From Euglena gracilis (Eukaryota), in assembly GCA_039621445.1 (NCBI GenBank), contig CP154954.1, forward strand, positions 40,169,572 through 40,233,571: DNA of 64,000 nt. The letters run 5' to 3'. A program made the position numbers and the translations under genes. Positions within the stretch are counted from its first letter, which is position 1, and the number at the start of each line of letters is the position of its first letter. The notes under the pieces were generated by a model that saw only the letters and a list, made by a program, of their open reading frames with translations, was not told the DNA's origin and did no database searches. Shown here piece after piece: positions 38,636-50,958 of this stretch.

Positions 38636-41600
38636 ATGGCCACCGTTGCTGCCGCCGTCATCCTCCTCCTCGCCCGCCGGGTTTGCCTCCTGTGTCGCGC
38701 TTTTGCGTTTGCAATCTGTTTTGTGCTCTTCGTTTTTAATTCAAAGCAGTCTGAACCCCCTGGTTTCTGTTTTTTTTGGGGGGTGACCCTATTGGCCAGA
38801 TCACTGCCGAGGGCCGAAGGGGGTCCGGGGGCCCCCCTGGAACCAATTTTTTTTCTTCCCCGGCACTTTGCGCCGGCAAATTTCTGTTTTTATCCTTTTG
38901 TGGGAAAAAATTGCCTGAAAACAGAATTTCTTTTTTTGAAGCCCCTCAAAGAAATTTCTGACCCTTCTCGCTGGTTTTTTCACCCAAGGGGGTAGGGGGG
39001 TGTTGAGCCCCTCCCGCCTCCCCTTCCCCCTCTCATTTAATTTCCTCCTGGGGTCATTGGTTTCCCCCCCCAATGTTCTTCTAAATTCACTGGAAAATTT
39101 TTCGATCATGAAAGCTTCTTTCTTTGCCCCCGATTTCCCCCCAAGGCCAAAAATATTGTATGTATGATTTTTGACCATTTTTTGTATTTTTTTTGATTAG
39201 AATTTATTATATTCCCCTGGGGGGGCGCCTGGCTGGGGGGGGGGCAGTCCCAGGTTCCCCATGTTGCTTTCTCACTCGGTGTGCTGTTTCAATGAGTCCC
39301 CTAACCAGGGTTTTTTTTAAGTTTGGACCCCCGGGGGGGGGGAGGGGGAGGGGTAGGGCAGGGTTCGATATAAGGAGGGCGTACATGGTTTAGGTGGGGG
39401 GGGTGTCCCCCCCACCCCCCCCCCCTCCTGGCCCGCAGGGGGGGGTCCGGACCACCCCCCCCCCACCTGCAAGGGGGGTCCGGACCGACCCTCGGGGGCA
39501 AAAATTGACCCCCCCCCAAAAAGGGTCAATTTTTTCCTCCGGCGCTTCGCGCCGAAAATTTTTGGCATTTTTGGCACATTTTTGCCCAAAAAGTGCCCAA
39601 AATGGCACTTTTGGTCGTTTTGGGGGGTCAAAATTTTTCGGCCCGGCGCTTCGCGCCGGGCCGAAAATTCGGCCACCCTGACCGCGCACCTGTTTAGGTG
39701 GGGGGGGTGTCCCCCCCACCCCCCCCCCCTCCTGGCCCGCAGGGGGGGTCCGGACCACCCCCCCCCCCCCTGTCCTTATATCGAACCCTGGGGTAGGGTG
39801 GGTGGGTCCGCCGGACCCCCCCCCCGGGGGGGTCCCCCCGGAGGGGGGTGGGATATACTTTTCGGCGCCGCAGGCGCCAAAAATGCTATTTTTAGCACTT
39901 TTCGCGATTTTTCGGCCATTCTTTGTGGGTCCCCCGGGACCCCCTCCCCCCTGGGGGGGGGGGGCCCGGGCCCCCCCTGGGGGGTGGGTGGGTGGGGGGG
40001 ACCCCCCCCGGTCTTAAAAAAACCCCTGCCCCTAACCCAAAAACTGCTCGACATTGTTTTCCAGCATTCCCCTCCCCCAAATAACCTCGTGGGGTGCCAG
40101 GTTATTGGAACCAACTTTTGGCCCTGCCCCTTGCCAGGTTATTTGGGCCCTTTTTTCAGTATTGCAAAGGAACTTTGCCTTAAAAAGGATTAAGTTACTG
40201 GAACCATTTTTTTGCCCCTCCCCCCACCAAGTTATTCGGCCACTGCCAGGAGGAAGCCCTGCCAGGTTATTTGGGTGGGCTTATGCAAGCCCCCCCCCCC
40301 CCCCCGGGGGGGTCCCAGGGGACCCACTCAATTTCCCCGAAAATGGCCAAAAATCTCGAAAATGCAAAGAAATAGCATTTTTTTTAAAAAATTGGCACCA
40401 GAAAAACATGTCCCCCTGGGGGGGGGGGCTCGGCCGGGCTCACCGCCCCCCCCCCCCGTAAATGTGGCGTGTTTGCCGCATTTATGCTTTGTTCGTTTCT
40501 TTCCGTAGACCCCGCCGCCCACCAACGTCGTCACCGCCGAGCAGCTCCGGCAAGCGGACGACGACGCGGCGCAGCAGGAGCGGGTCCGGCAAACAGACCC
40601 CATTGAGTTTGGTTTTCTTTGCTTTTGCCCCCCCCCAGGTCCTCCAGAAATGGATGAAGGGATTTCAGAAGTCTGGAAAGTGGAGAGAATATGCTTAAAA
40701 AAACATTTATTCATTTGGCCTGAGGGGCCAGGGCAGGGTTTGATATAAGGAGGGCGTACATGGTTTAGGTGGGGGGGGTGTCCCCCCACCCCCCCCCCCT
40801 CCTGGCCCGCAGGGGGGGGTCCAGACCCCCCCCCACCTGCCAGGGGAGGTTCCCGGGACCCCCCCAAAAAGGGTCAATTTTTTCCTCCGGCGCTTTGCGC
40901 CGAAAATTTTTTGCATTTTTGGCACATTTTTGCCCAAAAAGTGCCCAAAATGGCACTTTTGGTCGTTTTGGAGGGGTCAAAAATTTTCGGCCCGGCGCAA
41001 AGCGCCGGGCCGAAATTAAGTAACCCAGACCGCGCACCTGTTTAGGTGAGGGGGGGTGTCCCCCCCCACTCCCCCCCCTCCTGGCCCACAGGGGGGGGGG
41101 TCCGGACCACCCCCCCCACCTGTCCTTATATCGAACCCTGGGCCAGGGTGTTTGCAAGGGGACAGGGTAAGTGGGCAAAGAAACTCAGGGGGGAGGATGA
41201 GCAAATTTTTCTGGTTTCAGAACAAATCAAATGGTCCAAATTGAAATGAAAATGGGGTTTGAAGGAGATTTTTCTTTGATGGAAATTTGAGCCCCAAACC
41301 CCTGATTTGTTTCAGAAAGCGTATAAAATGATGAAAAGGGGGTTTGAATATTTTCAATGGGATTTTGTTTTACCCCCTCTAAGATTTCCAGGGAGAAATG
41401 GGAAGCCCTTCGGTTGTTGTTGAGGTGGTGTGGTAGGGGGGGGGTCCTGACCCAGACCCCCCAAAGGTCAAAATTTTCCCCATTTCTGTGGGTTTCTTTG
41501 GGCAATTTTTTTTTGCATTTTTGACACGTCTTGCCCAAAAAGTGCCCAAAGTTCCTCTTTTGGCCAATTTCTGGGGGAGGGGCAACATTTTCAGCCTGGC

Positions 41601-44600
41601 GCTTTGTGCCCCCCCCATCTGCCCCCCCTCCCCCCCCCCCCACCTGTCCGTATGTCAAACCCCAGCCCCAGCCCCCTTCGCTCCAGTGGGGTCTGGGGGC
41701 ACCGCCAGCTGCACCCTGCCCCGACCTGGATCGAGCGGCTCTTCAACCCCGTCATCGCCCCCTACCGCGGCATCCGCCAGCTCCTCGAGCAGGCTGGGCG
41801 TTGTTTGATTTGACACAATTTTGGGTTTCGAAGAAAGGGTCGAAGACGATGAACAATGGTGAGCGTGAGTGGTTTCATATGGTGAGGGTTTTTCCCCCTG
41901 GGTGCCTTCCAAATCCGTGGGAGCTTCATGGGACACTTCCGCTGCTGTCCCTGTTTGAGACCCTCTTTGAGAAAGAAAAGCTCTTCATCGCAGCTTTCCA
42001 CCAATGCTCAGCCTGCCGGCGAGTACTGGTGGATCGTGGAGACGGCGGAGGAGGCCACCGCGAAGCGCCTCCAGGCGCTGCACGCGGTGGCCGACCCCGC
42101 CCTCTGCGCCCGCTGCCACCCACGCGTTTATTTGCTTTGTTCAATGAAATCCAACTATCCAACTAATGGGTTGGGTGTGCATCACCGTTGCCGAGGCCCC
42201 CCCCCCCTCTGGATTGGATCTCCACCCCAACCCAAGCCCATTCATCCCCCCCAGCCTGTGTTGCACACCACTCCAAGGTTTGGGTTCTTTTGACCTGGGA
42301 AGACCCCCGAGCCCTGCAGCTATGGGATTTTTCTGGGTTGGGGCCCAGGGGCCCTTGGTCCATACCCATTTTTTTAAAAGGTTTTTTTAATTTGAAACAT
42401 GTTGTGAAAAGTATTGGAGGCTTCATTCACACAGGAAATTATGAAATGAAGCTTGACACTGGGCGCGTCTGAAGTCTTGAAATGTGAAAAAGCGGAAATA
42501 TAAAAAATTAAGTGCGTGGCCACACCACCACCGCTTCGGGTTGAAGGACACGGACGTGAATGGCACCATGGTGCCATTGTGCCCATGGTGCGTATATGCA
42601 CCGGTGTGTTTGTCACCCCCTGTTTTGTCGTACCTTTCAATGTTTCAATGGGGTGGGGTTGGTGCATGGGGAGGGTGGATGTGCCCCTCACCATGGGGGG
42701 GGGTGGCCATGAGTTGCCAGAAATGACGTGTGCTTGCTCCCTTGCTTTTGCAAAGTGCCGGAAAAATTTATAGGCTTTCGTATTTACCCCCCCCCCCAAG
42801 GTGCCCCATGGTGCCCACCCTGGAAGTGAGTGGATGCTGACCAGGAATTTTTTAAGTTTGGGGCGGGGGGGGGGTGAGTCTGCTGCCCCCTCCCCCCGAA
42901 AATTGCCGAGGATTTTTGATCCCCAAGGGGACCCCTCCAGGCCTCCTTTTAAGTCAGAAGAGACCGGACCCAGGTGTGAGTTTCGGTGAGAAACACCAAA
43001 ATTCTTTCAAAAAATGCCCTTCAATGCCCCGATTTGGGGGGGGGGGCTCCAGGGATGGATGGGAAGCCCTTCGGTATTGAGGTAGGTGGTAGGGGGGGGG
43101 TGCCCGACCACCCCCCCCCCCCCCCCCTAGATGTTGGGAGGGGGGTCCGGACCCCCCACCCCCCCTCCTTGACAGGTGCCAAAAATAGCAGAAATTTTTC
43201 TTCCGGCGCTGCGCGCCGGAAAATGAGCAAAAACACCCCTTTTTGCTGACTTTTGGCCATATTGCCCTTTTTTTGATGTGTTGGTGTTTCCCCCCAAAAA
43301 ATTGTTCAAAAAATTTCAAGAAACGAGCATTTTTGTGTCGATTTTCAAAGAAAAATCAGGGATTCTTGACCGATTTCGACCCGATTTTCCGGCCCTTTGC
43401 CCGTCCATAAAATCGAAAAATTTTCGGCCCCCCCTCAGTTTCGAGGTAGGAGGGGGGGGCCGACCCTCCCCCCCCCTCCGTGTCGGGAGGGGGAGGTCCG
43501 ACCCACCCCCCTCCCCCCTCAAGGCTTCCCTGGGGATCCCTGGAGGGCTCGCCAGGTTTGGTGCGTGGAGGGGGAGCCATGAGAAGAAGCCCGGACCCTC
43601 CCCCGGTCTCCTGAAAAGGGCGCAGTGCAATAATCACCGGTTGTGGGTAAAAATTCTGACACGTTGAGGCAAATATTTTGCCAGGCGTGGAAAAAATTTT
43701 GGGAGCCAGGTGTAATGTTTTTGCAAGTTTCATTCATCTGGTGTCCAATTTACACGTAATTCAAAATCCTTTTTCCAATTCTGTTGGCGTCCCCAAAAAT
43801 TCTCACTTGAACCTTGGTCATTCTTTGGGGTTTGGGGAAACATTCTTCTCCAGATGCACCTGCCAATGATGCTGATTTTAAAACGGTCAATCCCCTTGCC
43901 CTTCACAGTGGGCACCAGCTGTGGCCGCCCGCGAAGCCGCCCAGAACGCCGCCCGCCACTACAGGCGGCCGCCAACCCGTTCGGTGTGTGATGCCTCCTC
44001 AATATGCCCCCACCCCATGTGCCCCAAGTGGAAAGTGCCAATAGTTAGAAGCCAGCACCTTTCTTCCAGCTGAGAGTCGTGGTGGTGCGAACGCAAATTG
44101 GTGCCAAATGTTTTTCTGGTATTTATCATGTTTCCAGCTTGCCTGGTACTTCCCGTTTTTAAGACATGGATCGGAGAAAGCAGTTCTTTGCTTTGATGGT
44201 GAGTCAACAAAAAACGTATTGGCAGGAAATCCGTTGTTCGGGCGACATCCTGTCATTGAAGCTCCACTCAGGGGTTTTTTTTAGCCTTGCCCGGGGGGGG
44301 GGGGGCGTAGGGAGTGGGTCCCTTGGCCCCCCCCCCCCCGGGGGGGGGGGCGGTGGGTGCAGGGGCTGGTGGGTATATCTTTTTCGGTGCTGAAGGCACC
44401 AAATTTTTTGAAAAGGTGCCATTTTCAGCATTTTTGGCCATTTTCGGGCAAAGTGGGTGGGTTCCCCCGGGGGGGGGGGGCGGGCACCCCAGGGGGGGGG
44501 GGTGGATGCCGACCCCCTCCCCCCGGTCTTAAAAAAAACCCCTGGCTCCAATGTCGAATTTTCTGTTTGTTGCAAATTTTCTGCCATTTTCCCAATTTTT

Positions 44601-47600
44601 GCCTACTTGAACGCTTTTGTGAAAATCAGAAGGTGATTATGATGATTGTGACGACGACGACAATTATTATTATTATTATTGTTATTGTTATTATTATTGT
44701 TATCATCATTGTCATTATTCTCAAAAAATGAGGGAATTTTTTGTTGAAACCCGGAAAGGTTTGGAGCAGGCTTCTTTTAAGTGAACGCCTTTTTTTTGGC
44801 CCCCAAAATGCCCCCCCCCCCCTCCCCGGATTTCCTCCTCTCCCTTTTTGGGGGGGTGGGTGCAGGGCACCCCCTCCCTCTTTAAAAAAGAACTCTTCCC
44901 TTCTTTCCGGCATTATCCCAAAGTGCCTTGCATTCACCCCCCTCCCCGTCTCACAGTTCCGTGGCTGCCGGTGGTGGCTGGTCCCCCTCCTCACCGCCAT
45001 CGGCGCCGCCAGCTGGACACGCAGGGCGGCGCTGTGAAAATGGTTGGTTCGGGGGTGGCCAGGCTGATTTCTTTTCGGGAAAGCACCCCCCAAACTGGGC
45101 GATGAGGATTTTCTCCCAAAAGAACCCCCCCCCCCCAACCCTGGTCGGTGAACCCGTGGTGACCCCAAACGTATTTCTCAGTGCAAAGCGGCAAATCTTC
45201 TCTTTGGGGTTTGTCCTCCCTGACAGGTAGTTGCAGATTCCTGACAGACCCATTTTGGGGTTTTGGCCAGAAGCAGGGGTTTTTTTTTTAGTCTTGGACC
45301 CGGGGGGGGGGGTAGGTGGGTGTGCCCGGCGAACCCCCCCAGGGGGAAATTTTGAAAAGGTGCTATTTCAGCATTTTTGCAATTTTTGGCCATTTTTGGG
45401 GGGGAAAGTGAGTGGGAACCCCCCCCCCGGTCTTTTAAAAAACCCCCTGGCCAGAAGTGCCCACCAAGGAACGGCGCGCCCCTGCCGCAGATATCGCCCA
45501 TCGACAGCTGCCTGGCCAACACGTTGGCGTGGGCAGTGGTGGCCGGCACCTACGGCTGGCTGTGGGTGGACTACCTCCGCCCACGGCTGCTGTGGGTGCC
45601 CCGCCGCTACCCATGCTCCGCGATCGGGGGGCATTTTGCCCTGGGTGTAGTTGGTCAAACTGTCTCTGTCTCTGTCAAGGGAACATTCAATTTTTCAGAC
45701 CCAGATGAGAGTGGAAACGGAGGGGAAGTCCCAACGCTCAGTTCATTTTCTCACAGTTTCCGAGACTCTCAGCATCTGTTGAAATGGAAAAGGCCGCATC
45801 GCCCCCCCCCCCCTGACAAGGGGCCCCCCGCCGCTAGCCGCCGCCACCCTCGTCCACGCTACCGCTGCCCGCCTCCGCCCCCTCGTCGAAGGCAACGGCT
45901 ACGGTGGGCCACGCCCTGCCTCAGAATCCCCCACCCCCCCCTGGCAGGAAACGTGTTTTGATTTGCTTTTCATTTGACAGCATGGCCAGACTCTTTTTGA
46001 GGAAAGTCGCACTGCACCTCACCCCCCCTCAGGGTGGGTGCTGTGGGCAGGTTGGGGGGGGAGGGTATTTTTTTGATCCCAACCTGAGGGGGGTCAAGTT
46101 TTGGGGTGGGCAGTGCTACAGCCAGGCTTCTGCTTAAGGGGTTGCAGTACCCCCCCTGGGGGGGGGGTGGATTGCAGCTAGTCCAAATTTGGCTAGTGGG
46201 ATTTCTAGCAGGGCTAGCTGGTGGAATTTTTTGGGACCCCCAAAAATGGCCAAAAAAATGCCCGTTTTTGGCCATTTTTTTGGGAATTTTTGGAACGTCA
46301 GCCAAAAACCTATTAAAAACCTCATTTTCACCTTGGCACGCAGCGCTGGAGGAATTTTTTTTTCCCAGCTGGGGGGGACCTTTCAGACACCCTCCCCCCC
46401 GGGGGGGAGGGGGGATCTGGCTAGTCCATTTTCCCCAGGGTCTAGCCGATTGGCTGTCCTTAAGCAAAAGCCTGGCTACAGCACATCCGGTGCCGGGACA
46501 GGACCTGAAAATGGCCATTTGCAAGGGAAAATGGCTGGGTCGGAAGGCACCAGGGGCCGAGCCCCCCCCCCCCCCCCCGGTGCCTGCTGTGGGCAGGCAC
46601 CCCACAGCACAAGGCACCGCCCTTGGGGTTTGTAAAACGAAGCCTGAGCGTGGCCCCTTCCTCTCCTCCCCTCCCCCCCCCGGTGGTGAGACCAGGCGTG
46701 GCGGCACAACGCCGCCTACTACGGCGTGCGGGTGGCCCACCTCATCGCCATCGCGGCCGGCGGCCTGGGGGACCTGGGCCTACACGCCCTAGTCCTACAC
46801 CCAGGCTTCCTTTCTTACTTCCTTCTTTTCCTTCTTTTGCCCCTGCTTTGGGGGGGGCAGGGTGTGCCGTGACCCTCCCTCCTCCCAAAGTGTTCCCATG
46901 GTTTCCCACCCCGGGGCACATGGAAACGGGGGGGGGGTCCAGGGTGCGGCCACCTCTGCCTCCGGGGTGGGTGGAGCACTGCATGTAATTTTTGGGCAGG
47001 CTTTTTGGTGCCAGGGCAGCACTCCGCAAAAAACTTGGTTTGGCAAGGCGATGAACGAATGATTTTACTGGAAGTTCGGCGCTCCGGAAATACGACAAGG
47101 CTTGTGTGACTTGGCTTAAGGCTTGTAGACAATGCAATGCCCAGGATGGGGGTGAGGGTGGTGAGAGATCCCTTTCCACCTCCTGAAGGGTTTTGGGGGT
47201 TCTTTTCAGCCTTTCGAGGCACAAGGCACATGTGCAATTTCAAACAGGAAAAAGCCTGCTGTCAAGTCCCCGCCCCCTTCATCAACACCCGCAGCCCCCT
47301 CCAATGCTGGCGGGACCGACAACCGCCCCCACCGCCTGGCATGGTCGCCTGGTTTTTCGAAGCCCTCGGGCTCGGCAACCCCCCTGCCGTGCAGGCCGTT
47401 GCTTAACCCCCCACCCCTCAGCCCTTTCCTGCATTTCCCGGCAGAACAGCCAGGCCAACCCGCTGGGCTGGTTTCGAAGGAACTCAGGGTTTGTGTTCAG
47501 CTGAAGTTGGGGGGATGAGACACCCAGGCCACCCCATCCCTCCCATCAAAGGCAATGGCTTGCCGCTGCACCGCCTGCTGCACCGCTGGCGCAGCCTGGA

Positions 47601-48940
47601 GCGCCGCCGCCGGAGCCCGCTGCGCCGCCTGCCGATGCTGCAGCGCAGGAGCCAGTCAAGCCAGGGTTCAGTGCCCAGGGCTCGTGATTTCAGAGGTTTT
47701 TTTTAAATTTCGTGGTTCGGGTTGGGGGAGACGAACCTCCTCCCCGGGGCTGAGTGGGTGTCCCGCCAGGTTAGCTTTTGTTTTTGGTGCGAGTTTTTTT
47801 TGGACGCAAGATTGACCCCAAAAGTCGGTCCCTCCAAGCCCCCCCCCCCCCGGGCCCCCCAGGGAAAAGGTGTGGCCAACGAGGACCCTCATGGCAGGAA
47901 GTGAGCGTTAGATTTGAGCAGGGGGGTCTGGGTACCAAGGGTTTTTTTTAGCCTTGAACGCTGAACCCCCCCTCCCCCCTGGGGGGGTCCCCCCAGGGGG
48001 TGGTGGGGTACACTTTTCGACGCCAAAGGCGCCGGAAATTTTTGAACAAGGTGCTGTTTTTAGCATTTTCACGATTTTTGGTCATTCTTTGGGGAAATTG
48101 ATTGGTCCCCCGGGGGGGGGGGGGGTGAGGGGACCCCCCTGGCAGGGTTCGATATGAGGAGGGCGTACATGGTTTAGGTGGGGGGGTGTCCCCCCCGCCC
48201 CCCCCCCCTCCTGGCCCGCAGGGGGGGGGGTCCGGACCACCCCCCTCCCCACCTGCAAGGGGGGTCCGGACCGACCCCGGGGGGCAAAAATTGACCCCCC
48301 CCAAAAAGGGTCAATTTTTTCCTCTGGCGCTTTGCGCCGAAAATTTTTTGCATTTTTGGCACATTTTTGCCCAAAAAAGTGCCCAAAATGGCACTTTTGG
48401 TCGTTTTGGGGGGGGTCAAAAATTTTCGGCCACCCTGACCACGCACCTATTTAGGTGGGGGGGGGTGTCCCCCCCACCCCCCCCTCCTTGCCCCCCGGGG
48501 GGGGGTCCGGACCACCCCCCCACCTGTCCTTATATCGAACCCTGCCCCCTGGTCTTTAAAAAAAAACCCCTGCTGGGGACCCCTGAAACCCAGACTTCTT
48601 TTGGTCTCTTTTTGCCAATTTGCTGAGTAAATCTCCAAAATGCGATTTTGCAATGTGCACAAAAATGTCATAAGATGCATTAAATAAGAGGTTTGGGGGG
48701 GGGAAGAAACTCAAAAAAAAATGAAATTGTTTTTTTTTGGAGCAGTCTGTTGTGTTTTTTCCAGTTAAATTGATTGTTTGGTGGGGGTATGTCCTGAAAT
48801 CAGACGGGCGTGATTTCTTTGGGATGAAGGGCCCTTCTCAATGCCCCACCCCTGTACCGCAGAGCCCCAGTGCTGTGCCCTGCACACGACCAAACGCCCT
48901 GCGCCGGGCGTGGAGGAAGCTGAAGAGCAAGCTGCGGTGA
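38636..48940 (+). CDS. 14-exon gene for an unknown, probably membrane protein (371 aa from ATG 38636; may extend upstream)
   Basis: Exons 38636-38680, 40509-40590, 41701-41786, 42021-42117, 42524-42587, 42801-42825, 43909-43983, 44957-45018, 45490-45621, 45821-45906, 46706-46798, 47264-47388, 47568-47658, 48888-48940 join into one stop-free frame (1116 nt) with GC3-rich codons: MATVAAAVILLLARRTPPPTN...LCARCHHHRF...LCPWC...WWLVPLLTAIG...RRAWRKLKSKLR*. Confidence 0.8.
39306..40028. mobile_element. hAT-type MITE (CAGGG..CCCTG), TSD cccctaac, containing nested MITE 39359-39790 (TSD gggtaggg)
   Basis: Both 8-bp TSDs are perfect. Confidence 0.9.
40734..41140. mobile_element. hAT-type MITE CAGGGTT(C/T)GATATAAGG family, TSD ggccaggg
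   Basis: Perfect 8-bp TSD. Same family as 39359-39790 and 48143-48544. Confidence 0.9.
43050..43542. mobile_element. hAT-type MITE CAGGGATGGATGGGAAGCC family
   Basis: TSD gggggctc/gagggctc (7 of 8). Homologous to ~52103-52570 and 55508-56270. Confidence 0.85.
44269..44544. mobile_element. hAT-type MITE
   Basis: cagggg..cccctg. TSD gctccact/gctccaat. Confidence 0.85.
45274..45449. mobile_element. hAT-type MITE
   Basis: Perfect TSD gccagaag. Confidence 0.9.
46123..46474. mobile_element. hAT-type MITE (CAGGCTT..AAGCCTG)
   Basis: Perfect TSD gctacagc. Confidence 0.9.
48143..48544. mobile_element. hAT-type MITE nested in another MITE
   Basis: Perfect TSD ccccctgg. Confidence 0.9.
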
Positions 48941-50081
48941 ACAGAGGACATCGCCATCCATTGATGCCCAAGGATGGTAAATGGTGTCTGTGTGCATTGT
49001 TTGCGCATGTTCACACAACGTGAGATTGTGCCCCATCTTTGTTTGGCCAGGTCAATTTTTCAAAGTTTCATTTCAAACGGAGCAATCGCATTTTGGATGT
49101 TCAATGATTGGAAAGGGAAGGTTCAGGGTTGCCAATTGGGGGTGCTGAGAGGAGTTGGGGCAGGGAGGGGGGAGGCTTTAACTTGTTATCAGTCCCTCGC
49201 CACCTGCAGATTGATGCATCATCAATTTTCCCAAGTTGGAATTTTTAACTCAGTTTTCCCTCAGTCATTGCGTCATTCTTGTTTCGTGCCATTTTATCCG
49301 GATTATATGGTGTATGAACCAAGGTGTGCACATGCATGTGTTTGTATGACATATTATTGGGTCAATTTTATGCTTCTTTATTGCTTTTTCTTACGATCCT
49401 TGGCGCCAGCCAAAGCCCAAGCCCAAGCCCGGGGCTGGCGCCCGGTGCCCATGGGCCTGGGGCAGGGAATTCCTTGAGCTGACCCCCTCCGGTGGGGGGG
49501 GGGGACGCTCAAGGGATCCCCTGGAAGGAAGCAGACTGGGGTGTGCCATCCCTCTGGGGATGGCAAACCCACAGAGGGAGGGTTGGAAGCCCTGGCTGGG
49601 CATTCCTTGGAGGGTTGAGTTTTTTGTCTGGTATTTTTTTATTTTTTAACAATCGAGCCTTTTTTTGAGTTTGGTTTCAGAAGAAGAGAATTGGTTAGTT
49701 GCAAACAAAAAAAATGGCACCTTCAGCCCCCAATAGCGGCATTTGGTTTGAGATTTCCCAGCAAACGTTCTGGGTGAGAATTTGGGGTTGGCTCTTGAGG
49801 GAAGGCAGAGGAGAGGGTCTGGTTCCCCCCCCCGCTTTCTGCATCCACAACCGGAAGCAAACTCATCCCTCGTAAGATTGCCCAGCCAGCCCCCCCCCCT
49901 CCCCCCTCCCAGGCCAAAATGGAAATGGCCTGAACGTTTTGTTTTGGAGGGTTGCATGCAGCTTTCAAGGGTTTCAAGGGTCAAACCCCCCTTTTCCTCT
50001 ATTTTTGGCACAAATGGGTTTCAGCCTCCAAAAAATGACCCCCTACGGAATTAGTCCCTCACAAAGGTTTTTTCCCCCAAA

Positions 50082-50958
50082 CAAGGATGAGTCTTGGTCT
50101 TGTATTCTTGGGGGGGTACCAAGAGTGACCCAAGATTCTTGCCCCCCCACCCAAGACCCAAGATCTTGGGTGCAGGCAATGCGAATGTGAAGAAACAAGA
50201 TGCTCAACACCAAGTCTTGGCCCTTGCCATCACATGCATGGTGCTTCACAAGGATCAAGATTTGCGTCGTTTTGCTAGGATCTCATCTAGCAACGCCTCC
50301 TGTTTAGCACGATGCTTTTCACGCAAAGCAGAGTTGCGCTCAGGCTGTTTTTTTTTTACCAACCCCGGGGGGGAGGGGGGTCAGAAGTGCCTTTGAGTGC
50401 CTGCCCAGGCAGGCACTACCCCCCCGGGGGGGGTTGGGTTTCGGCCTGTGCCCAGGCACTTTCCTTGGAAAATCGGCCATTTTAGGCCATTTTTTTTTGC
50501 CTTCCGGCGCCTTCGGCGCCAGGGTGCCTTGCCAGGCACTTTTGGCCAAGTTTGTTGGAGTGCCTTGGGGTGCCTGCCCACTAAAAAACAGCCTGGTTGC
50601 GCTTGGTCCTTTCTTCGGCCAGCTTTGGACGCATGACAGAAACATAGTTCATGGCAAGCCAGAGCTGTGACTCGCAGTGCGAAGCGGTTAGGCGAGCCCG
50701 CAACTTTCCAAGCATCAATGTATGTGTTCCATCTGCGTGCGAAATGGTGTTGTGAAAAAAAAAATGCAAACCAATTTCAAATCACACCTTGTGACTCCGA
50801 CGCGTTTTAAAAGTTTAGGTTCACGACCTAGAGAAACCTTCTGTGACGAAAAAATTTTTCGGCCGGGGTCCCAAGACCCAAGAATCTTGTCATTCTTGGG
50901 TACCCCCCCAAGAAGCAAGATCTTGGGGGGGTAACCCAAGACCCAAGACTCATCCTTG
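50082..50958 (-). mobile_element. Deleted hAT-like element (CAAGGATGAGTCTTGG TIR) with a transposase C-terminal relic at 50255-50732
   Basis: 16-bp TIR, flanking repeat ccccaaa (7 bp match). Relic reads TLMLGKLRARLTASHCESQLWLAMN...ILAKRRKS*. Confidence 0.75.
50341..50595. mobile_element. hAT-type MITE inside the transposase relic
   Basis: Perfect TSD gttgcgct. Ends caggctg..cagcctg. Confidence 0.9.

Noticed and set aside
42870-43908. Alternative exon ending near 42967 joined by a stem-bounded intron to 43868
   Set aside because: The stem is short, and the GTGAGT donor at 42826 with the AG at 43908 already gives a frame that continues downstream.
44636-44720. (ATT)n tract, also (CA)n near 5632 and 62129 and (CAT)n near 60005
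   Set aside because: Ordinary microsatellites; the poly-Ile or poly-Ser translations are not meaningful.
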